From a virus (Duplodnaviria; Caudoviricetes), in the IMG/VR virus record IMGVR_UViG_3300027963_000058, positions 27,015 to 91,014 of that record: DNA of 64,000 nt. One strand, written 5' to 3'. The position numbers were made by a program, and so were the translations under genes. Shown in pieces: positions 50,393-58,450 of this stretch. Positions within the stretch are counted from its first letter, which is position 1. Each line of letters opens with the position of its first letter. Below the pieces are notes generated by a model that saw only the letters and a program-made list of their open reading frames with translations, was not told the origin of the DNA and made no database searches.

Positions 50393-51288
50393 TACTTTGG
50401 AATTTGCACAGTTGAACTGATCTTTTTCCAAAAGTCCACTTGATTGTTATACCATGCCTGTGCCTGACCGGGCGTCATTGGTACCGCAGTGCAATAATCA
50501 ATGGTATAAGATTCCTGTACAGATCGAGCAAGAGCTGCTTGGTATAAAATGCCTTGCCACTCAGTAAAAGTAGACTGAGCAACCCGCTTAGAAGCCACCA
50601 AGTGATGAGTCTGATCCATAAATTCAGTGACAGCAAATTTTGCTGATTTCAGGGTAGGCACATTATCTATTTCTCGTGTGCCAGTGATACCCAACACATG
50701 TATTCGATTTTTCCATTGTCTCAGATCTCCCAAAAATCCCACACTTAGATCAATTTGATTGCCCAGCAAGGCCAGGGTCGCGTCATTTGTGCTTTTGAAT
50801 GGAACTGGTTGGATATTTGGATATAGATTGGTAATTTGTATAGAAGTCAAATGACTGACCACACCTAGTCCGCTAATACCAATATTGAGTAGTTGATCTC
50901 GAGGAACTTCTGCCCATGTCTTGTAACGTACTGATCCAATGGCCATTGGACTACGGCATTGTAGCATTAACGAGCGAAAATTATCAGTGCTGTGACTTTC
51001 AGCCGGGTACACAATGGGTCTAACAAAAAATGCCGAACTGGCAGCTAGTATTGTGTCGGGCCTGGATTCCACGTATCGTGACGCTATGCTACCACCAGCT
51101 CCGGGTTTGGCATCAAATATAAAATAGTATTTTTTCTGCACAGAATTTGCTTCTTCAATCAAGGTACGAGTATAATTGGCCATTGGGTCGCTGGGACTAA
51201 AGGCATAAACTATGGTTACATTTTCTTTGGCTACTACGGTGGTTACAAATAATAATAGTAGAATAATTAAATTTTTTAATTTACACAT
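50392..51288 (-). CDS. Tripartite tricarboxylate transporter substrate-binding protein (TctC/Bug-like)
   Basis: Signal peptide; KPGAGG, VPFKS, GNQID, VPTL motifs. Confidence 0.8.
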   Translation of the reverse strand: MCKLKNLIILLLLFVTTVVAKENVTIVYAFSPSDPMANYTRTLIEEANSVQKKYYFIFDAKPGAGGSIASRYVESRPDTILAASSAFFVRPIVYPAESHSTDNFRSLMLQCRSPMAIGSVRYKTWAEVPRDQLLNIGISGLGVVSHLTSIQITNLYPNIQPVPFKSTNDATLALLGNQIDLSVGFLGDLRQWKNRIHVLGITGTREIDNVPTLKSAKFAVTEFMDQTHHLVASKRVAQSTFTEWQGILYQAALARSVQESYTIDYCTAVPMTPGQAQAWYNNQVDFWKKISSTVQIPK

Positions 51289-51333
51289 TGATGAATTTTA
51301 TATCTTTTAAGGTTATGATGCTGAAGTTATAAC

Positions 51334-51362
51334 AGTGTACTACGTTTACAACACAAAGTCAA
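51334..51362 (-). promoter_or_regulatory. Sigma70-like promoter
   Basis: TTGACT-N17-TACACT. Confidence 0.55.
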
Positions 51363-51426
51363 TAGAAAGTTAATACATTGTATGCACTAACATTGAGAAT
51401 AATAAATTGAAAACTACAGATCAGAT

Positions 51427-51723
51427 TTATTCGGTTACTTCTTCAATTATATTGGTAAATGTAGTACATTCAACAATAGTGGTAAGATATTCTGACAACG
51501 CCGCTTGCCATGTCTCAGCTGATGCACGATCACTAAAATACCTAACTGCATTAAGTTCGTCGATCTTATTAAGTTCCCCGTCGGTTTTCCCATCAGCTAT
51601 TAATTGCGATAACAGTTCGTGAAGGTTCTCACCATCGTTATTGTTGAGACCATTGGGCCAAGTCCCAAAGCTAAAATTTAGTGGTTCCTTGTAGGTAAAA
51701 GTACTTTTTATGTTATATGCCAT
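51427..51723 (-). CDS. Small hypothetical protein
   Basis: GGAG RBS, with TATAAATA upstream. Confidence 0.7.
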   Translation of the reverse strand: MAYNIKSTFTYKEPLNFSFGTWPNGLNNNDGENLHELLSQLIADGKTDGELNKIDELNAVRYFSDRASAETWQAALSEYLTTIVECTTFTNIIEEVTE

Positions 51724-51747
51724 TATGATCTCCGTTAATTGCTATAA

Positions 51748-51755
51748 TATTTATA
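51748..51755 (-). promoter_or_regulatory. T4-like late promoter TATAAATA
   Basis: Exact T4 gp55 consensus in an intergenic region. Confidence 0.65.
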
Positions 51756-51770
51756 CAGATCTATTTATTG

Positions 51771-51935
51771 TTATCTGCCGCGACCAGCACTTCTAGTAGG
51801 CGGTTTTTTGCCCTGTGGAGGTTGTGTGCGAGTTTTAGTCTTTTTGTCCACACTGGGTGCATCATCTGCATCTGGGTGTTTTATACCCTTTTTCCGGTCT
51901 AATGCGGCTTGGATTTGATCGCTTAATTTGCTCAT
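51771..51935 (-). CDS. 54-aa basic protein (not in track)
   Basis: AAGGA RBS; MSKLSDQIQAALDRKKG...RSAGRGR*. Confidence 0.65.
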   Translation of the reverse strand: MSKLSDQIQAALDRKKGIKHPDADDAPSVDKKTKTRTQPPQGKKPPTRSAGRGR

Positions 51936-51954
51936 GTTAGTCCTTTATTTATTT

Positions 51955-52030
51955 TGGAGCGGGCGAAGAGGCTCGAACTCTCGACATCTTCCTTGGCAAG
52001 GAAGTGCTCTACCAACTGAGCTACACCCGC
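51955..52030 (-). tRNA. tRNA-Gly(GCC)
   Basis: Cloverleaf; CTTCC-TTGCCAA-GGAAG; encoded CCA. Confidence 0.96.
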
Positions 52031-52038
52031 TTTGTTAC

Positions 52039-52114
52039 TGGCTCCCCAACGTGGACTCGAACCACGGACCAACAGATTAACAGTCTGTTGCTCTACCGAC
52101 TGAGCTATCAGGGA
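52039..52114 (-). tRNA. tRNA-Asn(GTT)
   Basis: ACAGA-CTGTTAA-TCTGT; encoded CCA. Confidence 0.96.
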
Positions 52115-52121
52115 ACTGTCC

Positions 52122-52196
52122 TGGTGCTGATGAGTGGGATTGAACCACCGACTTCCTCCTTACCAAGGAGGTACTCTACCACTGAGTTACATCAGC
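52122..52196 (-). tRNA. tRNA-Thr(GGT)
   Basis: CCTCC-TTGGTAA-GGAGG; encoded CCA. Confidence 0.96.
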
Positions 52197-52203
52197 CAAT
52201 CTG

Positions 52204-52431
52204 TTACTCCGTGGCAGGTTGTTCTACAACTACCGCTGGCTTAGGTATTTGACCACGCTTGGTTAATAGGTTCATCCTGCGCTGGATCTTGGCCTGTTCT
52301 TTTGGCTTGCTGGATTTATCTCGCATGGTTTCGAGTTGTGTAAAATTCAACGGACCCAAGCGTTGACGACCGTTTTTGGTCTTGTTTGGATCCGCTTTTC
52401 TATTTTTTTGATTGCTACCTTTAGTGGCCAT
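52204..52431 (-). CDS. Small basic hypothetical protein
   Basis: AAGGA RBS; TKNGRQRLGPLN. Confidence 0.7.
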   Translation of the reverse strand: MATKGSNQKNRKADPNKTKNGRQRLGPLNFTQLETMRDKSSKPKEQAKIQRRMNLLTKRGQIPKPAVVVEQPATE

Positions 52432-52473
52432 AACTGTTTCCTTGTGTGAAACAACTACTTACCAGGTTGTTGT

Positions 52474-52707
52474 CTACCCGTGAACTTTTTGGAAATAATC
52501 CGCACCAACTTCACCTTGTTCAATTTCCATCAAGGCAGTGACCATGCTACCGTCAGTTGATATGATCCGGGCTGTGTAATTCTTTTTTAATTCTCTGGCA
52601 CGGGCACAGGCGATTAACACCATGTCATAACGACTACCGATGGCCTCAGCGGCACGTTGACTTGTTAAACCGTTCATGTTTCTTGCTTCTAATGGTAAAC
52701 CGTTCAT
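52474..52707 (-). CDS. rpoZ: RNA polymerase omega subunit homolog
   Basis: AAEAIGSRYDMVLIACARAREL...TALMEIEQG matches the omega pattern; AGGAG RBS. Confidence 0.85.
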   Translation of the reverse strand: MNGLPLEARNMNGLTSQRAAEAIGSRYDMVLIACARARELKKNYTARIISTDGSMVTALMEIEQGEVGADYFQKVHG

Positions 52708-52732
52708 GCTATCTCCTAGAGTGTAAAAATTT

Positions 52733-52761
52733 ATTATACAGTTATTAAAACAAAAGGTCAA
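52733..52761 (-). promoter_or_regulatory. Early sigma70 promoter
   Basis: TTGACC-N17-TATAAT. Confidence 0.85.
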
Positions 52762-52762
52762 G

Positions 52763-52864
52763 AAAAATGTTGGTTTTTGTGTGTCAGGATTACCAACAAC
52801 CCCGTGAGCGCAGCCCATCCTGTTTTCGCGTCAGCGGATGCGGAATATGGTTACAGGTCCGCAT
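52763..52864 (-). ncRNA. Candidate structured RNA element ending in a terminator-like hairpin
   Basis: ATGCGGA/TCCGCAT, TGGGC/GCTCA and TGTTGGT/ACCAACA+T5 stems, with loop complementarities. Confidence 0.45.
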
Positions 52865-52872
52865 AATTCTAC

Positions 52873-53475
52873 TTACATTGTGGGACCGTTGCCGTTCCTG
52901 AACCCAACTTCTCCACCTTCTGCTTCGATACGAGCAATAACTTCTTCAAACAAGATCGGAGCAAAGTCGGTCTGTTCCACGCATACGCAATGATATCTAG
53001 GATCGATTGCATCGCTGTACAAGACTTCTCCAGTTCTGGCATCAACTCCACGGGCCTTACGCACACGATTGGCGTGCAAGTGTCCGTGTATGTTTACACC
53101 AAACCGTCCAAGACTTTCTGCGTGTACCGGGATATGGCTAAGGATCATGCCGTTCATGACATGATACGCACGGAGTTCACGAAAGTGTTCACGATAGTCA
53201 GTGTCCCGGAAGATGTCGTGATTACCACGGATAAGAACTTTATCCCCGTTTAGTCTACTCATGATAGAAAGACTTTTACGGTTGATAACAACGTCACCCA
53301 AGTGATACACCTTGTCCGTGGGCCGGACTTGATCGTTCCAGGCCTTGACCATGGCTTCGTCCATTTCTTCTGCCGAATCCCACGGGCGTAACTTGGTCAC
53401 TCCGTCGTTGCGTGTGAAGCGACATACACCTGCGTGACCAAAATGCGTGTCACTTACTAAAAATACACTGGGCAT
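52873..53475 (-). CDS. Calcineurin-like metallophosphoesterase
   Basis: SDTHFGH, LGD, GNHD, HGHLH; promoter TTGACC-N17-TATACT at 53501-53529. Confidence 0.9.
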   Translation of the reverse strand: MPSVFLVSDTHFGHAGVCRFTRNDGVTKLRPWDSAEEMDEAMVKAWNDQVRPTDKVYHLGDVVINRKSLSIMSRLNGDKVLIRGNHDIFRDTDYREHFRELRAYHVMNGMILSHIPVHAESLGRFGVNIHGHLHANRVRKARGVDARTGEVLYSDAIDPRYHCVCVEQTDFAPILFEEVIARIEAEGGEVGFRNGNGPTM

Positions 53476-53490
53476 AAGCGCCTCCTTTCT

Positions 53491-55485
53491 TTAATTATTA
53501 AGTATAACAGCCTGTTCATTATTGGTCAACCTGGACCAACAATCGGTGTGTTTCCATGCAAAATGGAAATCTGTGGGATTATTGTCAAAATCTGGATCTG
53601 CTTGTAGTCCTAGATCAAAATCAGCAGTCCACTGTCCTTGATCGTTGATTTCAAAATCATACCGGCCCCAAAATCTATGCCGACCACCTCGCGGATAACG
53701 ACTATATCCAAAGTCGGTTAGGTCTTGATCAGGATCAAATTCCAAATGAAACTTGAATGGACCTGCACCCAGCCACATCACACGCAAGAATGGCCATATT
53801 TCATTGACTAATGCGTCGGCTACAGGATTGATATTGACCTTTATGATTTCGTAATCAAAATCTTTTTCCCACGGAATGTCATCCGTCCAGTCAGTTGAAC
53901 CGGGTTCAAACTTGTAGTGATTTTTTAATGTGGGATATTGTAGATGCGGTCTATACTTTTCTGGTGCATGCATGCTGTGTGATCTAAATTGCTCTAGCAA
54001 AATATTCGTACATTTAAACCTTACGAATCTTGTAAATGCTGTATTTCTCATATCTTGAGTAGTCCATGCCATAGACCAATCGTATTTGTGAACACCAAAC
54101 CGTTCGCGTTCGAGTTCTAACGGAGTTCCGTGGCCTAGTCCGCAGGTGCCCGAGCTTTGACTGCCCATTCCAGAATTTCGTAATCGCCACATCAGGGTCA
54201 TGGTCTGTGCCACGTCAGTGAGTTCTTCTCCGGGGAAACCGGTAAACCATGTGGCAAAATTGCTATGCATATTGATTGCAAGTAGGTCGCGAAAGTTTTG
54301 TTCTATAGACTCAACCTTGCAATTTTTTTTCATCAACTCCAGAACTTTTTGACTGCCAGATTCCACACCAAATGCAAATCCACTAGCACCACTTTTCTTT
54401 AAGAGACGCCAAAAATCAATATCCATTTTTCCATCAATACGTGCATAGCCAGTCCAATTGACCCGGATGCTTTTCTCTAGTAGGCCTTCAGCAAAGGCTC
54501 GCAGTTCTTTGAGATTACCGTTTAACAAACTGTCAATAAACCACACAGCCTTGATACCTTTGGATCGATAAGCAATTTCGATTTCTTCTAGTACTCGAGA
54601 ACTTTGTCTAGCCCTAAACTTCCAAAACACAGTTTCATTACAATACACACAATTAGCAATACATCCACGACTGAATTCGCAACTGATTCCGCCTGAGTCA
54701 TAAAGTGTTAGATCAAAGTCAGCATAGTCTGCTGGCGGCATTGAATCTAGATCTACTCGTTGATCTTTAGATTGTATGCAAATATGCGGAATTGTTTCTG
54801 TGGGATTTTCTAGATTTTCTAAGATACGCACAAACCATAATTCACCTTCGCCGCTGACAATATGATCAGCAACCGACATATCACTTACCTTGAGCTGTGT
54901 GGCATTGGCTCCGCCAATGATAATGGTCACACCCGGAAGTCTGGCTCGCAATTCACGTGCCATCCATACAGTGCAAGTGTCGTTGGTATACCAACTGCTG
55001 AATCCAATCACGGTAGGAGCCCACGCCACAATTTCGTCCATGTATTTGCGCACAGTCAATTCAATCTTGGGATGTATGTTTTCACTGTAATGAGGTTCGG
55101 TCCATTTCCAATCTTCATAGGCAGTCCAGTATTCCTTACAACCAGCCTCATGCATGGTCAAAATATTGATGTCCCAACATTGTGTGGCAAACCCGCTATG
55201 CCGACTGATCGCAGCCATCCTGGCAATACCATACGGAGGAGCTAAAGGAGTCCATTCAGGAGCCACAACTAGCGCAACTCGATTTTTACGAGTTATTGAC
55301 TGAGTCATTTCTACCTGTGTAAGATTTTTTTGTTTGCGTGGTTCTAGGGCCGTTGCGGTGCCGTGCTCGGCCATGTAGATTTCTGCCATTTTCACATGCG
55401 GATCAACACTGCCAAGGGCCGGTGTAAGATCAGGTGCCTGGGTAGTTTGTAGTATGGGGTATATTTTTTGGGGAGGTTGCGTCAT
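53491..55485 (-). CDS. Cobalamin-binding radical SAM enzyme (class B)
   Basis: B12 domain (PPYG, IGFS, IIIGG, GEGE); SRGCIANCVYC; GVESGS; GFPGE. Confidence 0.9.
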   Translation of the reverse strand: MTQPPQKIYPILQTTQAPDLTPALGSVDPHVKMAEIYMAEHGTATALEPRKQKNLTQVEMTQSITRKNRVALVVAPEWTPLAPPYGIARMAAISRHSGFATQCWDINILTMHEAGCKEYWTAYEDWKWTEPHYSENIHPKIELTVRKYMDEIVAWAPTVIGFSSWYTNDTCTVWMARELRARLPGVTIIIGGANATQLKVSDMSVADHIVSGEGELWFVRILENLENPTETIPHICIQSKDQRVDLDSMPPADYADFDLTLYDSGGISCEFSRGCIANCVYCNETVFWKFRARQSSRVLEEIEIAYRSKGIKAVWFIDSLLNGNLKELRAFAEGLLEKSIRVNWTGYARIDGKMDIDFWRLLKKSGASGFAFGVESGSQKVLELMKKNCKVESIEQNFRDLLAINMHSNFATWFTGFPGEELTDVAQTMTLMWRLRNSGMGSQSSGTCGLGHGTPLELERERFGVHKYDWSMAWTTQDMRNTAFTRFVRFKCTNILLEQFRSHSMHAPEKYRPHLQYPTLKNHYKFEPGSTDWTDDIPWEKDFDYEIIKVNINPVADALVNEIWPFLRVMWLGAGPFKFHLEFDPDQDLTDFGYSRYPRGGRHRFWGRYDFEINDQGQWTADFDLGLQADPDFDNNPTDFHFAWKHTDCWSRLTNNEQAVILNN

Positions 55486-55508
55486 TATGCAATATTTATC
55501 AACCAATT

Positions 55509-55601
55509 TGGCGGAGAGCTAGGGATTCGAACCCTAGATGGACTGTTTAGATCCATGCCCGCTTAGTAGGCGGGTGCCTTCGACCGCTCGGCTAGCTCTC
55601 C
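55509..55601 (-). tRNA. tRNA-Ser(ACT)
   Basis: CCCGC-CTACTAA-GCGGG; long variable arm; G73; encoded CCA. Confidence 0.92.
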
Positions 55602-55607
55602 ATAACA

Positions 55608-55683
55608 TGGCGCTCTCGACCGGATTCGAACCGGTGTACTCGCCGTGAAAGGGCGATGTCCTGGGCCTCTAGACGACGAGAGC
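55608..55683 (-). tRNA. tRNA-Glu(TTC)
   Basis: TCGCC-CTTTCAC-GGCGA; encoded CCA. Confidence 0.96.
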
Positions 55684-55691
55684 ATAAACGA

Positions 55692-55811
55692 TTAGCAAAG
55701 AAAGGCCTCAACCCTACACTTGTAACACGGTGCTAGTAGACTAGCTATCTTGCGATATTAGAGCCTCAACCCTAAACTTGTAACACGGTCGCTGTAAACA
55801 GCATCTGCTAA
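55692..55811 (-). ncRNA. Candidate structured ncRNA with two 27-nt repeats, between tRNA-Asp and tRNA-Glu
   Basis: Closing stem TTAGCAGA/TTTGCTAA, three internal hairpins including a GCAA tetraloop, and repeats at 55705-55731 and 55763-55789. Confidence 0.65.
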
Positions 55812-55814
55812 ACT

Positions 55815-55889
55815 TGGCGGTCCCAGAGAGAATTGAACTCTCGACTGAAGCGTGACAAGCTCCTATATTAACCACTATACTATGGAACC
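55815..55889 (-). tRNA. tRNA-Asp(GTC)
   Basis: GGAGC-TTGTCAC-GCTTC; encoded CCA. Confidence 0.95.
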
Positions 55890-55895
55890 AAATCT

Positions 55896-56063
55896 TTACA
55901 TAAACTTTGCCTGCTTGACAGCTTTGATAGCCAAATAGGCCTGGTGCTTGTATTTTGTAATGGCAACATAGGCTTGAGTTCTTTTTTCTTGTTTGCTCAT
56001 TTGCCCAGCCAAGGTACGACTCAACTGTGAATTTGACTGCTGTGTTTTTGGTTGCTTGGCCAT
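55896..56063 (-). CDS. 55-aa basic protein (not in track)
   Basis: AAGGA RBS; MAKQPKTQQSNSQLSRTLAGQ... Confidence 0.65.
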   Translation of the reverse strand: MAKQPKTQQSNSQLSRTLAGQMSKQEKRTQAYVAITKYKHQAYLAIKAVKQAKFM

Positions 56064-56092
56064 GTTATCTATTCCTTTATGTTTAAGTTACT

Positions 56093-56121
56093 ATTTTAGT
56101 AGCTTTTGTCATTGTTGTCAA
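56093..56121 (-). promoter_or_regulatory. Sigma70 promoter for the Asp-ncRNA-Glu-Ser unit
   Basis: TTGACA-N17-TAAAAT. Confidence 0.75.
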
Positions 56122-56168
56122 CTTAGACCTGGCCTAAGGCGTTATTATAGTACAACAGTGAGGTTATT

Positions 56169-56279
56169 ATGACTATTCAACAAAAACTAACACAATTCAA
56201 TCGAGCTAGAACCGCCCGCGGACTACGCCCAGTGACCTTACAAGAATTCCGGCATCGACAGGCTATAATTGTTGTTTGA
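56169..56279 (+). CDS. 36-aa peptide (not in track)
   Basis: GAGGT RBS; MTIQQKLTQFNRARTARGLRPVTLQEFRHRQAIIVV*. Confidence 0.45.
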   Translation: MTIQQKLTQFNRARTARGLRPVTLQEFRHRQAIIVV

Positions 56280-58184
56280 TTGCGTAACGGGTAGCCGGGC
56301 AATTTTGGTCTTGCCAAAGTTGCGTTTGCGCCCAAAGTAAAAATTTTCAAGAAACATGGTTGCGCTCATATGCTTGTCCTCAGCAGTATCAAATTCATAA
56401 CGCACTGGTTGATCCAGATCAGTGCCGTGTACCAAATGACCCCAAAAGTCCCAGTCCAGATTGATTTGTTTGGGCAAGTGCCCAAGATCGGTATGCTTGA
56501 TTACTGTGGCTTTTTGGAACTGTATCAATTGTTCCAGCTGTTCAAATTTGTAATGCGTATTCACAAAGTCTGTGACTAGATCATACACAGCATCAATTCT
56601 GTTTTCTTGATGCAACATCAACGTGGTTCGATTGTGCAGATGCCAACCCAGCATTTCAATGTTGCCAATGCGGGTGTGTTGGACCCGGCCATTTGCAATC
56701 CAGTCTTGATAGCACTGTCGAGTCTGCGCAAGATGCTCGTGCCACCAAGGATCTTGTTGTATGACCGCATACAATCGATCATAAAATTCACTATATTCAA
56801 CGCCAGTGCTGTGCAGGTATCTTGCAATGTAAGTGGTCAAGCCGTTGATGTGAAATGCGTTTATGAAACTGTTCCAGGTCATGATGTCCAGCATCTCAGT
56901 TCTTGATATATCTCTAGTGCCAACTACCACTTCGATACTTTCTTCTACTTCACCGTTGGAATAACTGCCGGACATGTAGTCGTAAATTGGTACTGCATCC
57001 AGTTGATAGAACTTGCGCTGACTGAGATTCATTTCGGCATTTTCCAACAACTGAGCATGCAATATGCTTATGCCTGTATGGTTGCCGGCTTTGAACAGAG
57101 TCCAAAAATTCTCACGCCAACTTTCAGTAGTCTCGCCTGGCAAGCCCAATATAAGTTCGGTGTGGATTGGAATATTGTTTTGATCACACAAGGAGAATAT
57201 CTCACTTATCTTGTGTTGATTTAAATTTTTACGTTTTATTATATCAAGCACATTGTTGTCCATGCTTTGTACACTCACAGTAAGTCCTTGACTGCTGGTT
57301 GGGCTTTCGCGTACTAGTTTTTTTACAATGTCAATCACGGCATTTTTTTGATTCTTGGCCCAGGTTATACTGAAGTTTGTAATTTTACCCCAGTGTCGTT
57401 GCACTTCAATTAACTTGTCTATGACTGCATTGTCACGTTCAATGAACATGCCAAAGTTGGCATCAGTAATGGTTACAAATCCACAATTCTGTCCCATCCA
57501 GTCCAGTTCAGCAAACACTCGCTCAAGATCAAACTGCTTGACCTTGCTGTAGGTTAGGCTGCCCCAGTCACAAAAGGTACATTGATATGGGCAACCTCTG
57601 TTGGTTTCAAGAGTGCCGTTCCAGATGACATCTGGATGGTCCCGGATCAACTGATCAAATAGTCCTGTCAGATACGGGCTTGGTAACTGTGACAGATCCG
57701 CAATGCGTTCAGCATTGCCGGTATCCACTGCTTGACCTGTTACATTTAAAACAAGTCCGGCTACCTGGGCCAGGTCCTGACCATAATGGGTCAGTAGATC
57801 GCTAAAGATCTTTTCACCTTCCATTTTGACTATGGCATCAAGATAAGGATGCTTATGAAAAATGTCTGGGTCAACAATGGCTGGTTCTGGTCCACCTACA
57901 ACAATTATGCAAGCAGGATTCAGTTGTTTGATCCGCTTGGCCAGGGCATAACTATACTCGCGATTCCACACATACACACTGAAAGCCACCAAGTCATTAC
58001 GACATAGTTCATGAGCAACGGATTCTACGGGATCTCGTCGCCAAATAATATCGGTCACTTGCCAATCAGGATTGTGTTGCAAGGCATAAGCCAACACAAC
58101 GCCTGCACTATAAGGTAAAAAATGTGCGTTGAGTTCTTTGGGTCCTTGCGGAAAATTTACCTGTACGAATCCGATGGTTTTCAT
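56238..58184 (-). CDS. Cobalamin-binding radical SAM enzyme (class B)
   Basis: LPYS, FSVYVWN, GGPE, EGE; RGCPYQCTFC; DANFG; GLPGET. True start is MKTIGF (the track start runs into tRNA-Cys). Confidence 0.9.
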   Translation of the reverse strand: MKTIGFVQVNFPQGPKELNAHFLPYSAGVVLAYALQHNPDWQVTDIIWRRDPVESVAHELCRNDLVAFSVYVWNREYSYALAKRIKQLNPACIIVVGGPEPAIVDPDIFHKHPYLDAIVKMEGEKIFSDLLTHYGQDLAQVAGLVLNVTGQAVDTGNAERIADLSQLPSPYLTGLFDQLIRDHPDVIWNGTLETNRGCPYQCTFCDWGSLTYSKVKQFDLERVFAELDWMGQNCGFVTITDANFGMFIERDNAVIDKLIEVQRHWGKITNFSITWAKNQKNAVIDIVKKLVRESPTSSQGLTVSVQSMDNNVLDIIKRKNLNQHKISEIFSLCDQNNIPIHTELILGLPGETTESWRENFWTLFKAGNHTGISILHAQLLENAEMNLSQRKFYQLDAVPIYDYMSGSYSNGEVEESIEVVVGTRDISRTEMLDIMTWNSFINAFHINGLTTYIARYLHSTGVEYSEFYDRLYAVIQQDPWWHEHLAQTRQCYQDWIANGRVQHTRIGNIEMLGWHLHNRTTLMLHQENRIDAVYDLVTDFVNTHYKFEQLEQLIQFQKATVIKHTDLGHLPKQINLDWDFWGHLVHGTDLDQPVRYEFDTAEDKHMSATMFLENFYFGRKRNFGKTKIARLPVTQSNNNYSLSMPEFL

Positions 58185-58204
58185 TGTGTGCTGGTATTTA
58201 TTGC

Positions 58205-58282
58205 TGGAAGTACGGGTCGGAATCGAACCGACGGTTTTACAGCTTTGCAGGCTGTTGCCTTGGACCACTCGGCCACCGTACT
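58205..58282 (-). tRNA. tRNA-Cys(GCA)
   Basis: ACAGC-CTGCAAA-GCTGT; U73; encoded CCA. Confidence 0.95.
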
Positions 58283-58287
58283 ATATC

Positions 58288-58361
58288 TGGAGCAGGATGC
58301 GAGAATCGAACTCGCGTCATCAGTTTGGAAGACTGTCATAATACCATTATACTAATCCTGC
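58288..58361 (-). tRNA. tRNA-Gly(TCC)
   Basis: CAGT-CTTCCAA-ACTG; encoded CCA. Confidence 0.95.
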
Positions 58362-58367
58362 ACAACT

Positions 58368-58443
58368 TGGGGTGATGTATGGGACTTGAACCCATGCTAA
58401 CGGCTTCACAAACCGTGGTGCTAACCACTACACTAACTTCACC
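58368..58443 (-). tRNA. tRNA-His(GTG)
   Basis: ACGGT-TTGTGAA-GCCGT; G-1:C73 pair; encoded CCA. Confidence 0.95.
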
Positions 58444-58450
58444 ATTGTTC

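Noticed and set aside
51289-51333. Riboswitch in the TctC 5' leader
   Set aside because: Too short and AT-rich; no convincing stems or known consensus
52820-52840. Hammerhead ribozyme core (CTGACG..GAAA) or ZTP riboswitch
   Set aside because: Lacks A9, stem II and a proper stem III/NUH site; ZTP conserved elements are not matched
55509-55601. Amber suppressor (CTA) reading of tRNA-Ser, or stop-codon recoding
   Set aside because: The 5-bp stem fixes the anticodon register as ACT. Long genes are intact in code 11 and TAG/TGA act as real stops.
55705-55789. 27-nt repeat pair as a mini CRISPR array or SAM-II riboswitch
   Set aside because: Only two repeats, the spacer is itself structured, and there are no cas genes in the window. 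The SAM-II resemblance is limited to ACCGT..T.CAAG, and no coding gene follows.
58185-58268. N-terminal extension of the B12 radical SAM ORF in the track
   Set aside because: Overlaps tRNA-Cys; the start at 58184 is better supported. Similar over-extended starts were trimmed for several other ORFs.
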